Shown here: positions 1 through 13,243 of the stretch, piece after piece
Layout of the letters: every line of letters begins with the position of its first letter
Position numbering within the stretch: the stretch's first letter is position 1
Source: Octopus vulgaris
Taxonomy: Eukaryota
Direction of reading: 5' to 3'
DNA: 64,000 nucleotides
Assembly: GCA_951406725.2 (NCBI GenBank)
Contig: OX597823.1
Span: forward strand, 57,412,001 to 57,476,000
Position numbers and translations under genes: made by a program
Notes under the pieces: generated by a model
The model's database searches: none
What the model saw: only the letters and a program-made list of their open reading frames with translations
Told to the model about the DNA's origin: nothing

Positions 1-908
1 CACCCGCACAAACAAACACATATAAAGTATACAAATATGTGTATTTATGGAGTACTTTGCAATATATATTTAGATACACATACGCACTTATATATACATA
101 TATTATGTATATATATAAGTTCCTAAATACATACATATATATTACAAAAACACGCACGCACACACGCATATATATGTACAATTGTGTGTGTGTGTGTGTG
201 TATTCGAAATGTTATTCTTTCGAATGAAAGTGTTATAGAAAAGAAACTATGACCATTGGGGATATAAGAATAAAAAATAACAGTACAGTATATTTAACAT
301 AAGCAACAACAAAAGTAGTTGCATTTGATAATCTGATGTGACTGAGGCGTCCAAAATAAAAACTGCACAACATAGAGAATGGGGCAAATATATAGATTTG
401 TTTAGTGACCTGTAACGCGAAGTAAAACAGGAAACCAGAAAAAAAATAAGAAACACAAAGCTAGATATTAGTAGCAGGATCAATAATTATTTGTTTAAGA
501 CATATAGAAGTTTTGTTTTTGATAATATTTCATGAGTACCGATTTGGGAATTGCTTTAAAGTTATGGCTAAGAAATGTAATGCCAATATTATGCACCATG
601 TCTCCTTCATCCCTTGGAGAGCAAAGGAACGATTCGGAAAAAAACTTCCAGAAAAAGATATAGGAATTACAAAAAGATGTAAAGAAACGGAAAAAATATC
701 CAGTAATTTCTAAATATGTCATACGTCTCTGGTGGCAAACGAAGAGATATAATTTTTATTCTAGAGAAATAAGCACTTTCCATTGCCAAAATACATACAT
801 ACATGCATATATTTATTTATATGTATGAATGTATGTATGCACGTGTATCAGTGAATGTATATTTATATATATGTGTCTGTCTGTCTGTCTGTATGTGTGT
901 ATGTATGT

Positions 909-966
<58 letters not shown>

Positions 967-1019
967 TTGTACCTTCTAACGAACGCACATATGTATATAT
1001 ATATATTTATGAATATTGT

Positions 1020-2580
1020 CGTCGTTATCGTCGGCTCCTCCTCGTTTCCGAATAATTCTTTCTTCGTTTGTAATTTCTCATATATATCGGTGTCCGTGAT
1101 GGCTGTCAAAGTCCAGTTTTGCATGGCACGCTCGTTCATAGACGTCACATCTGACAGTCAGTGTTCGTCTTGGTTTGAGTTGGCATATCTTTCGTCATAG
1201 TTGTTTATCCTCTTCCTCTCTTTGACGATGTCCTCCAAACTGTTCTACGCTAATCTTCTGGATGTAATGCCGCATGATTCTGTCTTCTGCATGTTACTCT
1301 CAAGACGTAGGATGGATTTTGGTGCTCTTTGTCGTCAGTTTCAGTGATATTTGTGGGGCACTGGGTATGGCAGAGTATAATTCTTTACCGGTACTGAGTT
1401 CACTGTAGTGGCTTTGGCACGGTAGTCTAGTGCTTCTCGTGTGGTAGATGTAACCCCAGGTGATGTTTGATGACGACATCAATATTGTTGGCTTTGGCCT
1501 ATTCAAGTACTGCAAAGGTATGTACATGGTCCGCGTGTTTCATTTTCATAACTGATCAAAGTTTCTGTAGATGAAACCGCACCAGTTTTCTGACAGCCCG
1601 ACCGTGCAGAGTAGAAATCTCACAATCGTAGAATAAGGTGGATACACACTGCGCCTGGTTTGTAGCTTTAAGCTCTTGTTTCTGAAGATATGGTGGGCTT
1701 TCTAAAAGTAATATGGACAGCCCTGGTCGTGCTTACGTTCCATTCTCGACGCATTTCTCGGAGTTTCATTGTGAGTTAAGGATACTTCCGTCTACTTTTT
1801 TCGGTGTTATATTGGAGATGGTGGTGTTGAAATCAAGATGGATTGAGTTTGGAGGAGGTTGTGCAAGTGTTTTGGTTATCTGTCTCCTGATTTTCAGGCC
1901 GCAGCGATCGTACACATTTAATTGTACACATTTTATAAGTTATTGAATGATTCCTACATTCCTTAGGTTCAATGAGCTGGCGAATGCTTGTTGGCGTTTA
2001 CGGCAGTTCAGTGAGACGAGTTCTTGGCCAGTTCTTCTAACCGAAATCTTGATAAATTGCAGAGTCCACCAACGAAGCAGAACTTGATCTCTATACCTAG
2101 GTTGTTAGGCAGTATTTCGTATCGCATAGCTGCAATATACAAATAGAACATGGCTGGGGTGACTACAGGCCCTTGGTTTAAACTGTTAGTGATCAGAAAT
2201 TATTGTAATCTGTCATTTAGATGTGTCGTCCGTCCTGTCAGGCCATCATGGTGTGCTTAGATGAGTACCATAAACGATCAGGGCAAACGAATGGCTTCAG
2301 GGCCATCCACATAGTTGCGCATATTATGGTGTAGTATGGTGTGGAAAGTTTCTTCGAGGTCATAGCACACCAAATAGAGAGGTTTCTGTTTTCTGTATTT
2401 ATTCCTGTAATTACATTATATATATCTCGTTCTTCACTCCTCCAGAGCCTCAAGATACTTACAGAGATTCCAGCAATATTTTCTCCAATCTAGGAGATGG
2501 TCGAACAGTATTCTGGTAAAGTTTTCCCCTAGGAAGCTGGAGTGGCAGGATGTTCCTTTATCGTTTCCACTAATGCTGCA
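1020..2580 (-). mobile_element. Degraded RTE-clade (BovB-like) LINE ORF2 relic (RT plus C-terminal region)
   Basis: Minus-strand translation segments match RTE ORF2 in the right order: HHDGLTGR..FLITNSLNQGPVVTPAMFYL (cf. LHDGM..F.V.NGVKQGCVLAPTLF), IFRNKSLKLQT..STLFYDCEISTLH (cf. TLLYGCETWTLY), SHYSELSTGK (cf. LYGELSTGKR). Many stops and frameshifts. Confidence 0.8.
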
Positions 2581-2607
2581 ATCTCTTCCTTTAAAGATTG
2601 AAATATT

Positions 2608-2737
2608 ATGGCGAGCTGGCAGAAATGTTGTCCCGCCGGGCGAAATGCTTAGCGTTATTTCGTCTGTCTTTACGTTCTGAGTTCAAATTCCGCCGAGGTC
2701 GACTTTGCCTTTCATCCTTTCGGGGTCGATAAATTAA
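2608..2737 (+). mobile_element. tRNA-derived SINE, family A (3' truncated)
   Basis: Head GGCGAGCTGGCAGAA, B-box-like GAGTTCAAATTCC, conserved core GCCTTTCATCCTTTCGGGGTCGATAAATT; about ten homologous copies in this window. Confidence 0.85.
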
Positions 2738-2915
2738 TGCAGCGGTCCTTTAGTTTCTCTAAGCCCTGTACAATAACTCGAAAGGTTAAACCTCCAACCA
2801 GACGTTTCGCGACACCCTTAAATACTAGGAACTTTTCAGCCCACCCTCATACGCACACACACATGTGCATGAATGTATGTATGTACATATATATGAATAA
2901 ATATGTATATTTATG

Positions 2916-2947
<32 letters not shown>

Positions 2948-3892
2948 CACGCACACACACACATATATATATATATGTATATATGCCACAAACACTAACA
3001 GAATATTCTGCGTTGACTCTCATACTGAAACGCAGCTTAAAACGAATCCGCATTTTCTTTAATGAAGATAAATTGAATGTAATAGTCTATATTGTATTTT
3101 ACGCGAAACGTTTTCTTTCATTTAAGAAACAGAATTGCTTATCAATACGTTTATAGCAGTTTTGTATGAGAGACACATACTCAATATTTATGATATATTT
3201 TATATATTAGTTCTGCAACTGACAGATCTCTAATTCAAGAATTAAATGAATTAAGCTGTTTTTTTTTTCAAGAAATTATTAAGCAGAATGTCATTCTTGA
3301 AATATAATTCTTGAAAGATTGTAATTCTTATGTAATAATTTGAGAATTAATAAGAAACTTGTTAATTTGAAGTAAAGCATCCATGTAAATTAAATCATTT
3401 TTATAACTCAGGAAATATTTGGTTCTCAGAGTAAACATAAACATCAACATATTGATACATGAATGCATACAGTGATAATGGAATCATATTAAAATTTGCG
3501 ATAATCCGAAGCTTATATGGTATTAGATGAGTACCTGTTGTAAACTTAAGAATTCTGTCATGTCGGCGCATCAGGATGCAAAATGTGGTTGGTTTTAAAA
3601 GCAATAACATAAATAATTATTAAAGACATTACCAGCTCTTGGGTATCTTAGATAAAATTAGCAGGCTTACAAGTAGAAACAGCCCAGTGCATGTTACTGT
3701 TTGCCCTTCGGATTTATAGACTGACATGGCTTCTAAAAACCTGGTCTATAATCCTCTCACTTGTGACTAAGAGTAGAGCGATTTTCTTGGATGTTATGAA
3801 TATTTTAAAGGGAATATTTCCAAGGCGATTCCGTTTATTTTGGTTCTGCTTATTTGATTCTGTTTATTTTGGATCTAAATCCCTCACCATTT

Positions 3893-4688
3893 CTTTTACG
3901 AAATTCTATTATTTACGTTTAAACTCTCCAAAAGCAAGAGTTAGTCATGGATTTATAATTTCTTTGTAGACAATCTAAAAATCTATGTTTCTAAATAGTT
4001 CTTATGTTAGCAACCGACTGAATTTAATCATAATATTTTTTACTCATATAGGGATGGATTTTGGTAAAATGAAATGTTTATCAATCGAACATGGAAAAGA
4101 GTGTTCCTCAATCCTCAGGCGTTTGCTTTAATAGCTTCTTTATCTCTCCTGTTCCACACAACTAGTCTTAAAAATGCGTAGATATTGATGAAAATATAAC
4201 ATGCAATGCTGCTGTGAACATAGTAAGCTAACGAATATTTTACGGAACGAAAATAAGACGTAGTAGTCACAGCTTTTCTCTTACAAAAAGACCATCCCAC
4301 AATTTGTGTTTGAAGTAACATTATCAATAGCAACATGCATGACTGGTCTATAGAAGAAATAGACATCAAAACCTATAGGATCCCAACATTAACTGCAAGC
4401 TTCCACTAAAACAGTGATATTTAGAAACTATATCTCAGAAGAGGGTTAAACTCAATATATACAGCCGTTGAGTGAAGAATGTTATTATTCAACAGCATCT
4501 GTTAAATAGCAGCAGTAAAAAGGAATACATTAACCAAATGTTCGAATTTTAAATGAATGGCATCCTTACAAGTCCTTCCTTTTACGAAATTCTATTATTT
4601 ACGTTTAAACTCTCCAAAAGCAAGAGTTATTCATGGATTTATAATTTCTTTGTAGACAATCTAAAAATCTATGTTTCTAAATAGTTCT
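3893..4688 (+). repeat. 110-bp direct repeat pair (3893-4002 and 4579-4688)
   Basis: CTTTTACGAAATTCTATT...CTAAATAGTTCT occurs twice, with one mismatch seen by eye. Confidence 0.9.
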
Positions 4689-5043
4689 CAAAATGCTGTC
4701 CTCAAAACAGTCCTCAAAATGCTGTCACTTCCTGTTGACTTCCTATGCGAACTCAGAATCATAGGGCTAGCAAAGGCTTAGAATAGAAACACAATGCATA
4801 GTACAAAAAGTTTACGCATGAATGTTTACCGAAAAATCTTACGAAGATGATGATGCTAACCTAAAATGTAACCTTTCTTGGGTTGGCAACGGCTATGCCT
4901 CGTCACATCTCAAACGTTAGGATTTTGCAATCCAAAAGCAGTAGATCGCTACAAAATATCTAACCTGCAAACGAGACACTAAAGACCTTAAGCACTCAAG
5001 ATGGCACCGTAAATGTAGATTATGTTGTTCTTCTTTGGAAGTT

Positions 5044-5147
<104 letters not shown>

Positions 5148-5157
5148 GCTTCTGTGT

Positions 5158-5440
5158 GAGGTCTCATGGCCTAGTGGCTAGGGTGCTTGCACTCACGATC
5201 ATGAGATCGTAGTTTCAACTTCTAAACCGAGTGGTGCGTTTTGTTCTTGAGCAAAACACGTCGTCGCACTTTGCCCTGCGATCACCTCGACACTTGACGT
5301 GTGGTACACCGTGCACCCGTTCAAACAGCGTAAATTTGATGGTGGGAGTGAGCTAATGTATGTCATGAACATTTGATCACTTTTGTGCAGGTCGTTCGGC
5401 AAAAGCTGAATGCTCATACGTCGTCTTCGAAAGGAGAGTC
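5158..5440 (+). mobile_element. tRNA-derived SINE, family C-related, diverged
   Basis: A-box TGGCCTAGTGG, CTCACGATCATGAGATCG, then GTTCTTGAGCAAAACAC, homologous to the heads at 44376 and 47898. Confidence 0.7.
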
Positions 5441-5447
5441 CATTGTC

Positions 5448-5531
<84 letters not shown>

Positions 5532-6231
5532 ATGTGTGTGTGTATGTGAGTGTGTGTGTGTGTGCGGTTCACTGTTCGTGTTTGTCTGACACCACAGTTC
5601 CCCAACCTGTGATGGTTCTTTTTTACGTCTCTGTGAATTACCAACCTTTAAAAATAAGTACTACGGTCAATTCGGTCGGTTAAAATCCTGCAGGGTAGTG
5701 CCCCAGTATGACTGCAGCCCCAAAACTCAAATTCGTAAAAGTTAAAAGGTAAAAAAATAATCAATGCAAACAAACTGTACTTGGCTTAGTGGGAAGGTAG
5801 ACTAACACCATTTAGGTAGACTAACATCCTCTGGGAGTTTTCATGCAGCACGAGAAACGGAGCCGGATATACAACACTATCTTGACACTCCGGTGCGTCT
5901 CAATGATGGCTACTTTCATTGAAAGATTTGGGAAATATATAAGATTGATAAGTGAGAGAAATGAAAAAAAAGTTGGAGGTTGGGGAACTGAAGTTACAAG
6001 TAAAATTCTGACATATAATGTTATTTACAAACAAACATTGTCAAAGATTAGAAAAGAAATATACTTTTCTACTAATTCGGGTCGGTCCTTACATTGTAGA
6101 GAAATCCCGGTGACGTGATGTCACAGCACGCACATACTTTGAAGATAATAAATGACATCAAATATTTTTGCTCCAAATATATATGTAGCTATATATGGTG
6201 GTACATATAAATATATATGAACATATATATG

Positions 6232-6288
<57 letters not shown>

Positions 6289-6308
6289 ACGTACACACAC
6301 ACGTATAT

Positions 6309-6371
<63 letters not shown>

Positions 6372-6777
6372 ATATATATCTATATATATTTCTTTATATA
6401 TATTCATACGTACACATGTTTATATATATATACATATACACATGCATATATATATGTATACATGTATATGGAAAGACACACATGTGCTGGTGTGGGTGTG
6501 TACGTATGTGTGTGTACTCGTGTACATTTGTATATTCATTTGTGTCATTCGTTCGATATGAAGAGTTTGAATCAAAATTCTTCATAAAATAGTAGAAAGA
6601 AGAGGAGAGATTGAAGAAAACGAAAGTATAAAAGAAACAAAAATAAAACTCATATGATCGATTTAGCACATACACGCGCAACACACACGCACACACATGC
6701 AGACGCACACTCACACACGCATATAATAATACATATTTATATAATTATAAGTACATGGTTACATCCATATACGTGTG

Positions 6778-6834
<57 letters not shown>

Positions 6835-6975
6835 ATATATTTGTATATATATATATATTTATATATACATGTATATATAAATATATATACATATACATAT
6901 ATATGTGTGTGTGTATGCATTTCTATATATATATATATGAATATATGTATAGGTTATTCTTGTTGCTTATTTTGA

Positions 6976-7010
<35 letters not shown>

Positions 7011-7041
7011 CACATATATATATATACATATATATTAATTT

Positions 7042-7072
<31 letters not shown>

Positions 7073-7754
7073 CATATATGCATACATACATACATACATA
7101 CATGCATACATACATACATACATATATACATACATACATACATACATACATACATACATACATACATACATACATACATACATACATAGTTACTGTAAGT
7201 CTTCCCTGAATTTATTTTCAACACTTTGGTTAGAGGTGGTGCATGTTTAAGAACTAGAACTAGCTTGACGTGTTACCAAGGATCAGTGCTCAAAAAGAAC
7301 ATGACAGGAAGCGATATATCTAAAAATTTTTGCTTATATTCTTTTATTTTTTAAAAATTCTTTATTTATTATTAATTTCTCAGTTTTTTTTCTCTTTTTT
7401 GAACAACAGCTTAGTTATGCATTTCTGTTTTTGTTCACTTTCACTTTCGTTTCTTTCATGCTGACATCTTTTCTATTGTTTCGCTGTCTAAATGCACGCC
7501 AACAAGAGTACATGTATGAAGTTATAATGCGATGATGTATTCTACAAAATTTTGAGAGACGACATTTTGTTGCAAATCAGAAAATAGAAAATTTAACACC
7601 GATTCGTGTAAGATGTGTATCTGTATTTATACACACTTACGCATATACGCACACGAATACGCTCAGATATACATGCACGCATGCACATATAGACATGTAC
7701 ATACGTACAAAAATGTGTCAAGAGACAAACAAACTGAGACACACACACACACAC

Positions 7755-7790
<36 letters not shown>

Positions 7791-7815
7791 CTTATATATA
7801 TATATGCACACACAC

Positions 7816-7858
<43 letters not shown>

Positions 7859-7892
7859 CTTATATATATATATGCACACACACATATATAAA

Positions 7893-7944
<52 letters not shown>

Positions 7945-7967
7945 CATATATACATACATACATACAC

Positions 7968-8032
<65 letters not shown>

Positions 8033-8366
8033 TAAGGTGTATATATGTATGTTAGGGTTAATATACAGAGAGACGCACGTACATACACAGATAGATAAGA
8101 CACGTGTGCTTGGCTATATATTTTTCTGTTTCTGAAGAAGGTCGTTACGCCAACGATAAACACTCGCACTGCTTCAATTTCACCTCTTTCGTATTTAACG
8201 CTTGGTTAACTATTTTACCAACATGCTAAACAATTGTTTAATTAATTATTGGGCCATCGAACAACCAGCTGTATTTGCCATAGATCTTTTGTCGCCATTC
8301 ATGATCAATGCGAAGAAATTCTCTCTTTAAAATGCAAGTACCGCACCATGCATAGACATACACGCG

Positions 8367-8462
<96 letters not shown>

Positions 8463-9910
8463 AAGTGTAACAGGTATACCAAATACCATACAAGATAAAT
8501 TTGTGATTATTTGAAATAATTTCCGTCCCTAAAGTGTGTGTCAAAGGTGTCAAATGGCAACTAAGGGGAACTCCATATGAGAAGGGGAGATAATTACGAT
8601 AGTCTCAGAGTTGACGTACCGTTAAAGACAGGACTATTGATTACAGATAACAGGACATTGGCAGACACGTGTTTCTGTCTCAGTAGGCCCCATTTGCACG
8701 GCAATTGTTCTACATTATCACGAACAACCAATAGACATACACATATTCAAGAAGAGAAGAGTACGTTTTATGGCCTAGCAAATTTAGGTGTATCAAATTC
8801 AGGTTATGACATTCCGTGTCTAGAAAACTAGTTTCTGTTGCAGTCCATGTTTCTCAAAATATAGTTAGCAAATGGATTACCTGGTTATTCAGAGTATGTT
8901 CAACGCACCTTCCTCCAATCCTCTTCTATCTCCTTTCCAATAAACTACTTACGAGACGTACATACAACTACCCTAATTATCAGCTCACATAATTTCATTT
9001 ACCCCTGGAAATAGAGCTGTCAAATGGTGGTAAAGCTATAAGGAACCCAAGTATCATACAGCTTTATGAGGGCTAGCAAGGTGAAACTTTTGAACTCACT
9101 GTCATCTCCACCTACTTGTACAAGCTTCATAAATATGTATATTCTAATTCCCAATATTGCATATCCTCTAGTTTAATGTAAAATTTATTCCCTACATAAC
9201 TTCATATAAAACATATACCATACATTATTGTGTCTGGTGAGAGTTTTTACTTAACACACTCACCGGTTCGATTTCCATTCATAAGAAATATGTAAATGAG
9301 TGGAAATCGAGCCAGTGAATGCGTTAAGTAATAAAGCATTAGAGCGAATGACTCTCCCCAGACAATAAAATATGCTTCCACACAAGAATTCTCTTAAAGA
9401 ATCTTGCAAACCAAATACAAAAACGAACGAAATATAATATATATATATATATACAAACACACACACACACACATATCTATATATGTATGTGTATTTATGT
9501 AAGTAAACATATATATATATATATATATAAATATGAATATATTGTATGCATGTATATCTATATCTATATGTATCTATATACATATGCATATATATATACA
9601 TATATACATATGCGTGTGTGTCTGTGTGTGTGTGTGTTTTCAAATTGACTTGTTATATAAAGTATACGAGCGGTTGTTTGCAGTTGTTTGGAGTGTATCT
9701 AATGTTTGACCCTATTTGACTTTTCTTTCATTTAACGCACTGAAGAATACATAAGAAAACAAAAATACACAATGAATTTGAAGTTTCAGGAAAATTTACA
9801 CTTGGGCGATTTTGTCAGACGTTTTTATAAGTGAAACATAATGTAAATAGCCAATTATTTTAAAAAGGAAAAGAAACACAATTTAAAAAATAGAGTGTGT
9901 AAATGAATAA

Positions 9911-9953
<43 letters not shown>

Positions 9954-9979
9954 TGTATATGTATGTATATATATTTATA

Positions 9980-10076
<97 letters not shown>

Positions 10077-10341
10077 ATGTATGTATGTTTGTATGAATGC
10101 GTATGGTTCTGATGAACAATCTATATTAATATATGAAATAAATGAAATACTATTGATTGCAAAAATCATTTAAAAATTTCAATTAATTTCTATTATTTCT
10201 CTTCGGGCTGGTGTTGTAGAGGAAAAGGATTTGAAAGATGTCAAAAACATATCACTTATATTATTTAGTTTATATATATATATATAATTTTTTTTCCGTA
10301 ATGAGATATAAAAAAACAAGGCTGTTTAGATTTTAGAATAG

Positions 10342-10389
10342 GTCTTACAGCTGTTTCTAGGATATTTATTATATCCCTTCATCGGAGAC
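10342..10389 (-). ncRNA. Minimal type I hammerhead ribozyme motif (U4C core variant)
   Basis: Minus-strand RNA: GUCU CCGAUGA AG GGAUAU-AAUAA-AUAUCC UA GAAAC AGCU GUA|AGAC. Stem I GUCU/AGAC, stem II 6 bp, palindromic stem III ACAGCUGU. Confidence 0.75.
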
Positions 10390-10590
10390 GGTGTGAGAAA
10401 ATGGTAAACCAATAGTTAATTTCGGTGAGATACGAAATAGAGTGTGATGTGGAGGAATGAAAATAGATGTGAGATATGCAGGGATATTGTATTTGTAGAT
10501 CCATTATTTAGGCAGAATGGCATTCATTTAAGATTCCAATATCGTATGAGTAAAATCCGATAGTATTTAAAATTGATCATTCGAAGTATA

Positions 10591-10981
10591 GAAGTCTTTC
10601 CAGAGGGAAACGCAATCTTTCAGAATGATAATGCACCAATTCAAACTGCTAAAGTTGTTATTTAATGGCACGAGGAACATTCTAGTAGAGTTGAACATCT
10701 TATCTGACCACCACAGTACCCAGATCTCAATATTAGTGAACATTTATGGTGCATTTTAGAAAAAGAAGTAAGGAGTCGATATCCTCCAACAACATCACTA
10801 CAAGAACTGGAGATTGTTTTAGCTGAAGAATGGACAAAAATTCCTTTGGAAACAATTCAAACTTTGTATGAGTCCATACCTCGTAGAATTCAAGCTGTAA
10901 TTACTGCCAAAGGCGGTCCTAATCCACATAAAAATAAATTTGTTTGAAATTATAAGGTGTTCCCATGGTTTTGTCCAACCC

Positions 10982-10984
<3 letters not shown>
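10591..10984 (+). mobile_element. Tc1-family transposase 3' fragment plus right TIR (D36E spacing)
   Basis: EVFPEGNAIFQNDNAPIQTAKVVI*WHEEHSSRVEHLI*PPQYPDLNISEHLWCILEKEVRSRYPP..LQELEIVLAEEWTKIP..LYESIPRRIQAVITAKGGP; two in-frame stops; ends TTTTGTCCAACCCCTC followed by (TA)n. Confidence 0.92.
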
Positions 10985-11024
<40 letters not shown>

Positions 11025-11028
<4 letters not shown>

Positions 11029-11326
11029 ATCGATCGATTTCCAATGCCAAGTTCAGTGGGATGCCTCCGAGCAGAGCGATTCGAACTCCGTATCAAAGTT
11101 TTTTTGACGCATAACTGTCGTAGGGAAACACGCGATGCTCTATCGTCCACAGTTTCATGGCTTCACTTGAAAAAAAATTTAAAAGCTAAGACACCACGAA
11201 GCAAATGGTACCTGTCGGACATATGTCCCTTCCTTTGGGACCAAGTAATAGCCCTTTCAAAAGCGTCCGTCCTCTCTATCCCACCCTCATCTCATTTATG
11301 TCGTCCCATAGGACGCCCCACCCTGT
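11025..11326 (-). mobile_element. Tc1/mariner-like terminal fragment
   Basis: Ends CACCCTG-TA (TACAGGGTG on the minus strand), a typical Tc1/mariner terminus, between two TA-rich microsatellites; no partner TIR found. Confidence 0.45.
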
Positions 11327-11333
11327 ATGTATG

Positions 11334-11375
<42 letters not shown>

Positions 11376-11378
<3 letters not shown>

Positions 11379-11576
11379 CCGCGTGTGTACCGTTGTCGAT
11401 TTTTCCCCTCTGTCTTCCCTTCTCTGGATCTTTCCTTCTCCTATGTTTCCACCGAAGAGCTCCGCTTGAAACGTTAAACCTTTCTTCTTTCCTTCTTTCC
11501 TGAGCGTCCAATAATACTATATTTGTTCCACGTCCTCGCGTTGTTATTATTTTTTTATGCTTTCTTGTTTTGTATT
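11376..11576 (+). mobile_element. ~200-bp HHR-bearing non-autonomous element, family H1 (degenerate core)
   Basis: Homologous to 16151-16363, 16396-16599 and 47358-47558; contains GUUU CCACCGA AGAGCUCCGCUU GAAAC GUU AAAC at 11445-11479; (TA)n on both sides. Confidence 0.75.
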
Positions 11577-11579
11577 ATA

Positions 11580-11640
<61 letters not shown>

Positions 11641-11689
11641 CTATAAATGTATGTATATAACTGTATCTAATTATCTATCTATCTATCTA

Positions 11690-11729
<40 letters not shown>

Positions 11730-11777
11730 GTCTGTCTCTATATGAATATATACACACACACACATACACCCCCCCCC

Positions 11778-11821
<44 letters not shown>

Positions 11822-12235
11822 AGGTTATTCTGTTTCTGGTGCCAAATGAAAAATGCACGCAGAAGATATTTATACATGTAAACAGAATATAAAAAAAAAT
11901 ACATATTGATAACGATTATGGAAAATAACACATTCATATACACACCGGTTTTCACCATCTATCTCCCTCATTCATAATCTCTCTCACTCGCCCTTCATAC
12001 GTATCTCTCGTTTCATTTCCTAACGAAACCGATTAATTAATGCACAACGCGGCGCTGAAATTGGTACCTATAAAAATTGGGCGCCAGCTTTGGATAGAAG
12101 AAAAACGATCATTTGTCATGGAACGTGTTAATATGGCAATAAAGTCAACTACTGACTGCTACGTTTACTGTACAATCAATCATTAGCGGTGGAAAGAACG
12201 AGAAAGCGAACGACATTAACAATGACGACACTCGT

Positions 12236-12367
12236 AACAACAACAACAACAATTCCAAGTAAATTTGAAACATTCTGACAATAACGATGATGATGATGAT
12301 GATGATGATGATGGTAATGATGAAGGTGGCGGTGGTGGTGGTAGTGGTGGTGGTAGTGGTGGTAATG

Positions 12368-12399
<32 letters not shown>

Positions 12400-12944
12400 G
12401 ACGACGACGACGACAATGCGGTGATGATAACAATGACAAACGAATAGCAGCAGCACTACCAGTGATAACGACTTTAAAGAAAAGAAGGAGAGGAAGAAGA
12501 AGAAGAAGAAGAAGAAAAAAGAAGAAAAAGAATAATAATAAGAAGAAGAAGAAGAAGAAGGAGAAAAAAGAAGAAGAAAAAGAAGAAGAAGAAGAAGAGG
12601 AAGAAAAAGAAGAAGAAGAAGCAGAAGCAGCAGAAGAAGAAGAAGAAGAAGAAGAAGAAAAAGAAAAAGAAGAAGAAGAAGAAGAAGAAGAAGAAGAAGA
12701 AGAAGAAGAAGAAGAAGAAGAAGCAGCAGCAGCAGCAGCAGAAGAAGAAGAAGAAGAAGAAGAAGAAGAAGAAGAAGAAGAAGAAGAAGAAGAAGAAGAA
12801 GAAGAAGAAGAAGAAGAAGAAGAAGAAGAAGAAGAAGCAGCAGCAGCAGAAAAAGAAGAAAAAGAAGAAGAAGAAGAAGAAGCAGCAGCAGCAGCAGCAG
12901 CAGAAGAAGAAGAAAAAGAAGAAGAAGAGCAACAACAACAACAA
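12236..12944. repeat. Compound trinucleotide microsatellite (CAA/GAT/GGT/GAC, then long GAA with GCA interruptions)
   Basis: Directly visible; accounts for the poly-E, poly-F, poly-H and poly-S ORFs. Confidence 0.97.
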
Positions 12945-13243
12945 TATTTGAATAACTATGACGATTTGAAATGGGAAAAACACAGGTTCAGAGAGTAGAC
13001 GTGATGCCAGCGCTAATTGGCATACTTGGACGTATTAACACTAAACTACCAACTTGGCTTAAAAAAGATTGGTACAAATGTAGAAGTAGAACGCTTACAA
13101 AAATCATCATTGCTTGGAACTGTGCGAATTCTCTGCAGGGTTCTTCAAACATGATCGCTAAACAAGTGTCGCCATAGTCTGTTGGCTGTGGGCAGCTGAC
13201 ACTTTCCATGATACCTAGCAAAATAAGCTGAGAGTTTTCATCA

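Noticed and set aside
2795-2845. HHR-like CUGAAAA...GCGAAACGUC on the minus strand
   Set aside because: Core is mutated and no stem I pairing is found.
8130-8275. CUGAAGA followed distantly by CAGCUGUA
   Set aside because: No GAAAC strand or stem II closure; insufficient for an HHR call.
8570-9240. Possible decayed RT (FLD-like motif on the minus strand)
   Set aside because: A single short motif with no ordered series of domains.
12045-12145. TATA-like CTATAAAAA flanked by GC-rich words
   Set aside because: No downstream gene structure; such words are expected by chance in AT-rich DNA.
12462-12998. 178-aa basic then poly-Glu ORF resembling an acidic nuclear protein
   Set aside because: Almost entirely GAA/GCA triplet repeat, running into a retrotransposon fragment; no splice or codon evidence.
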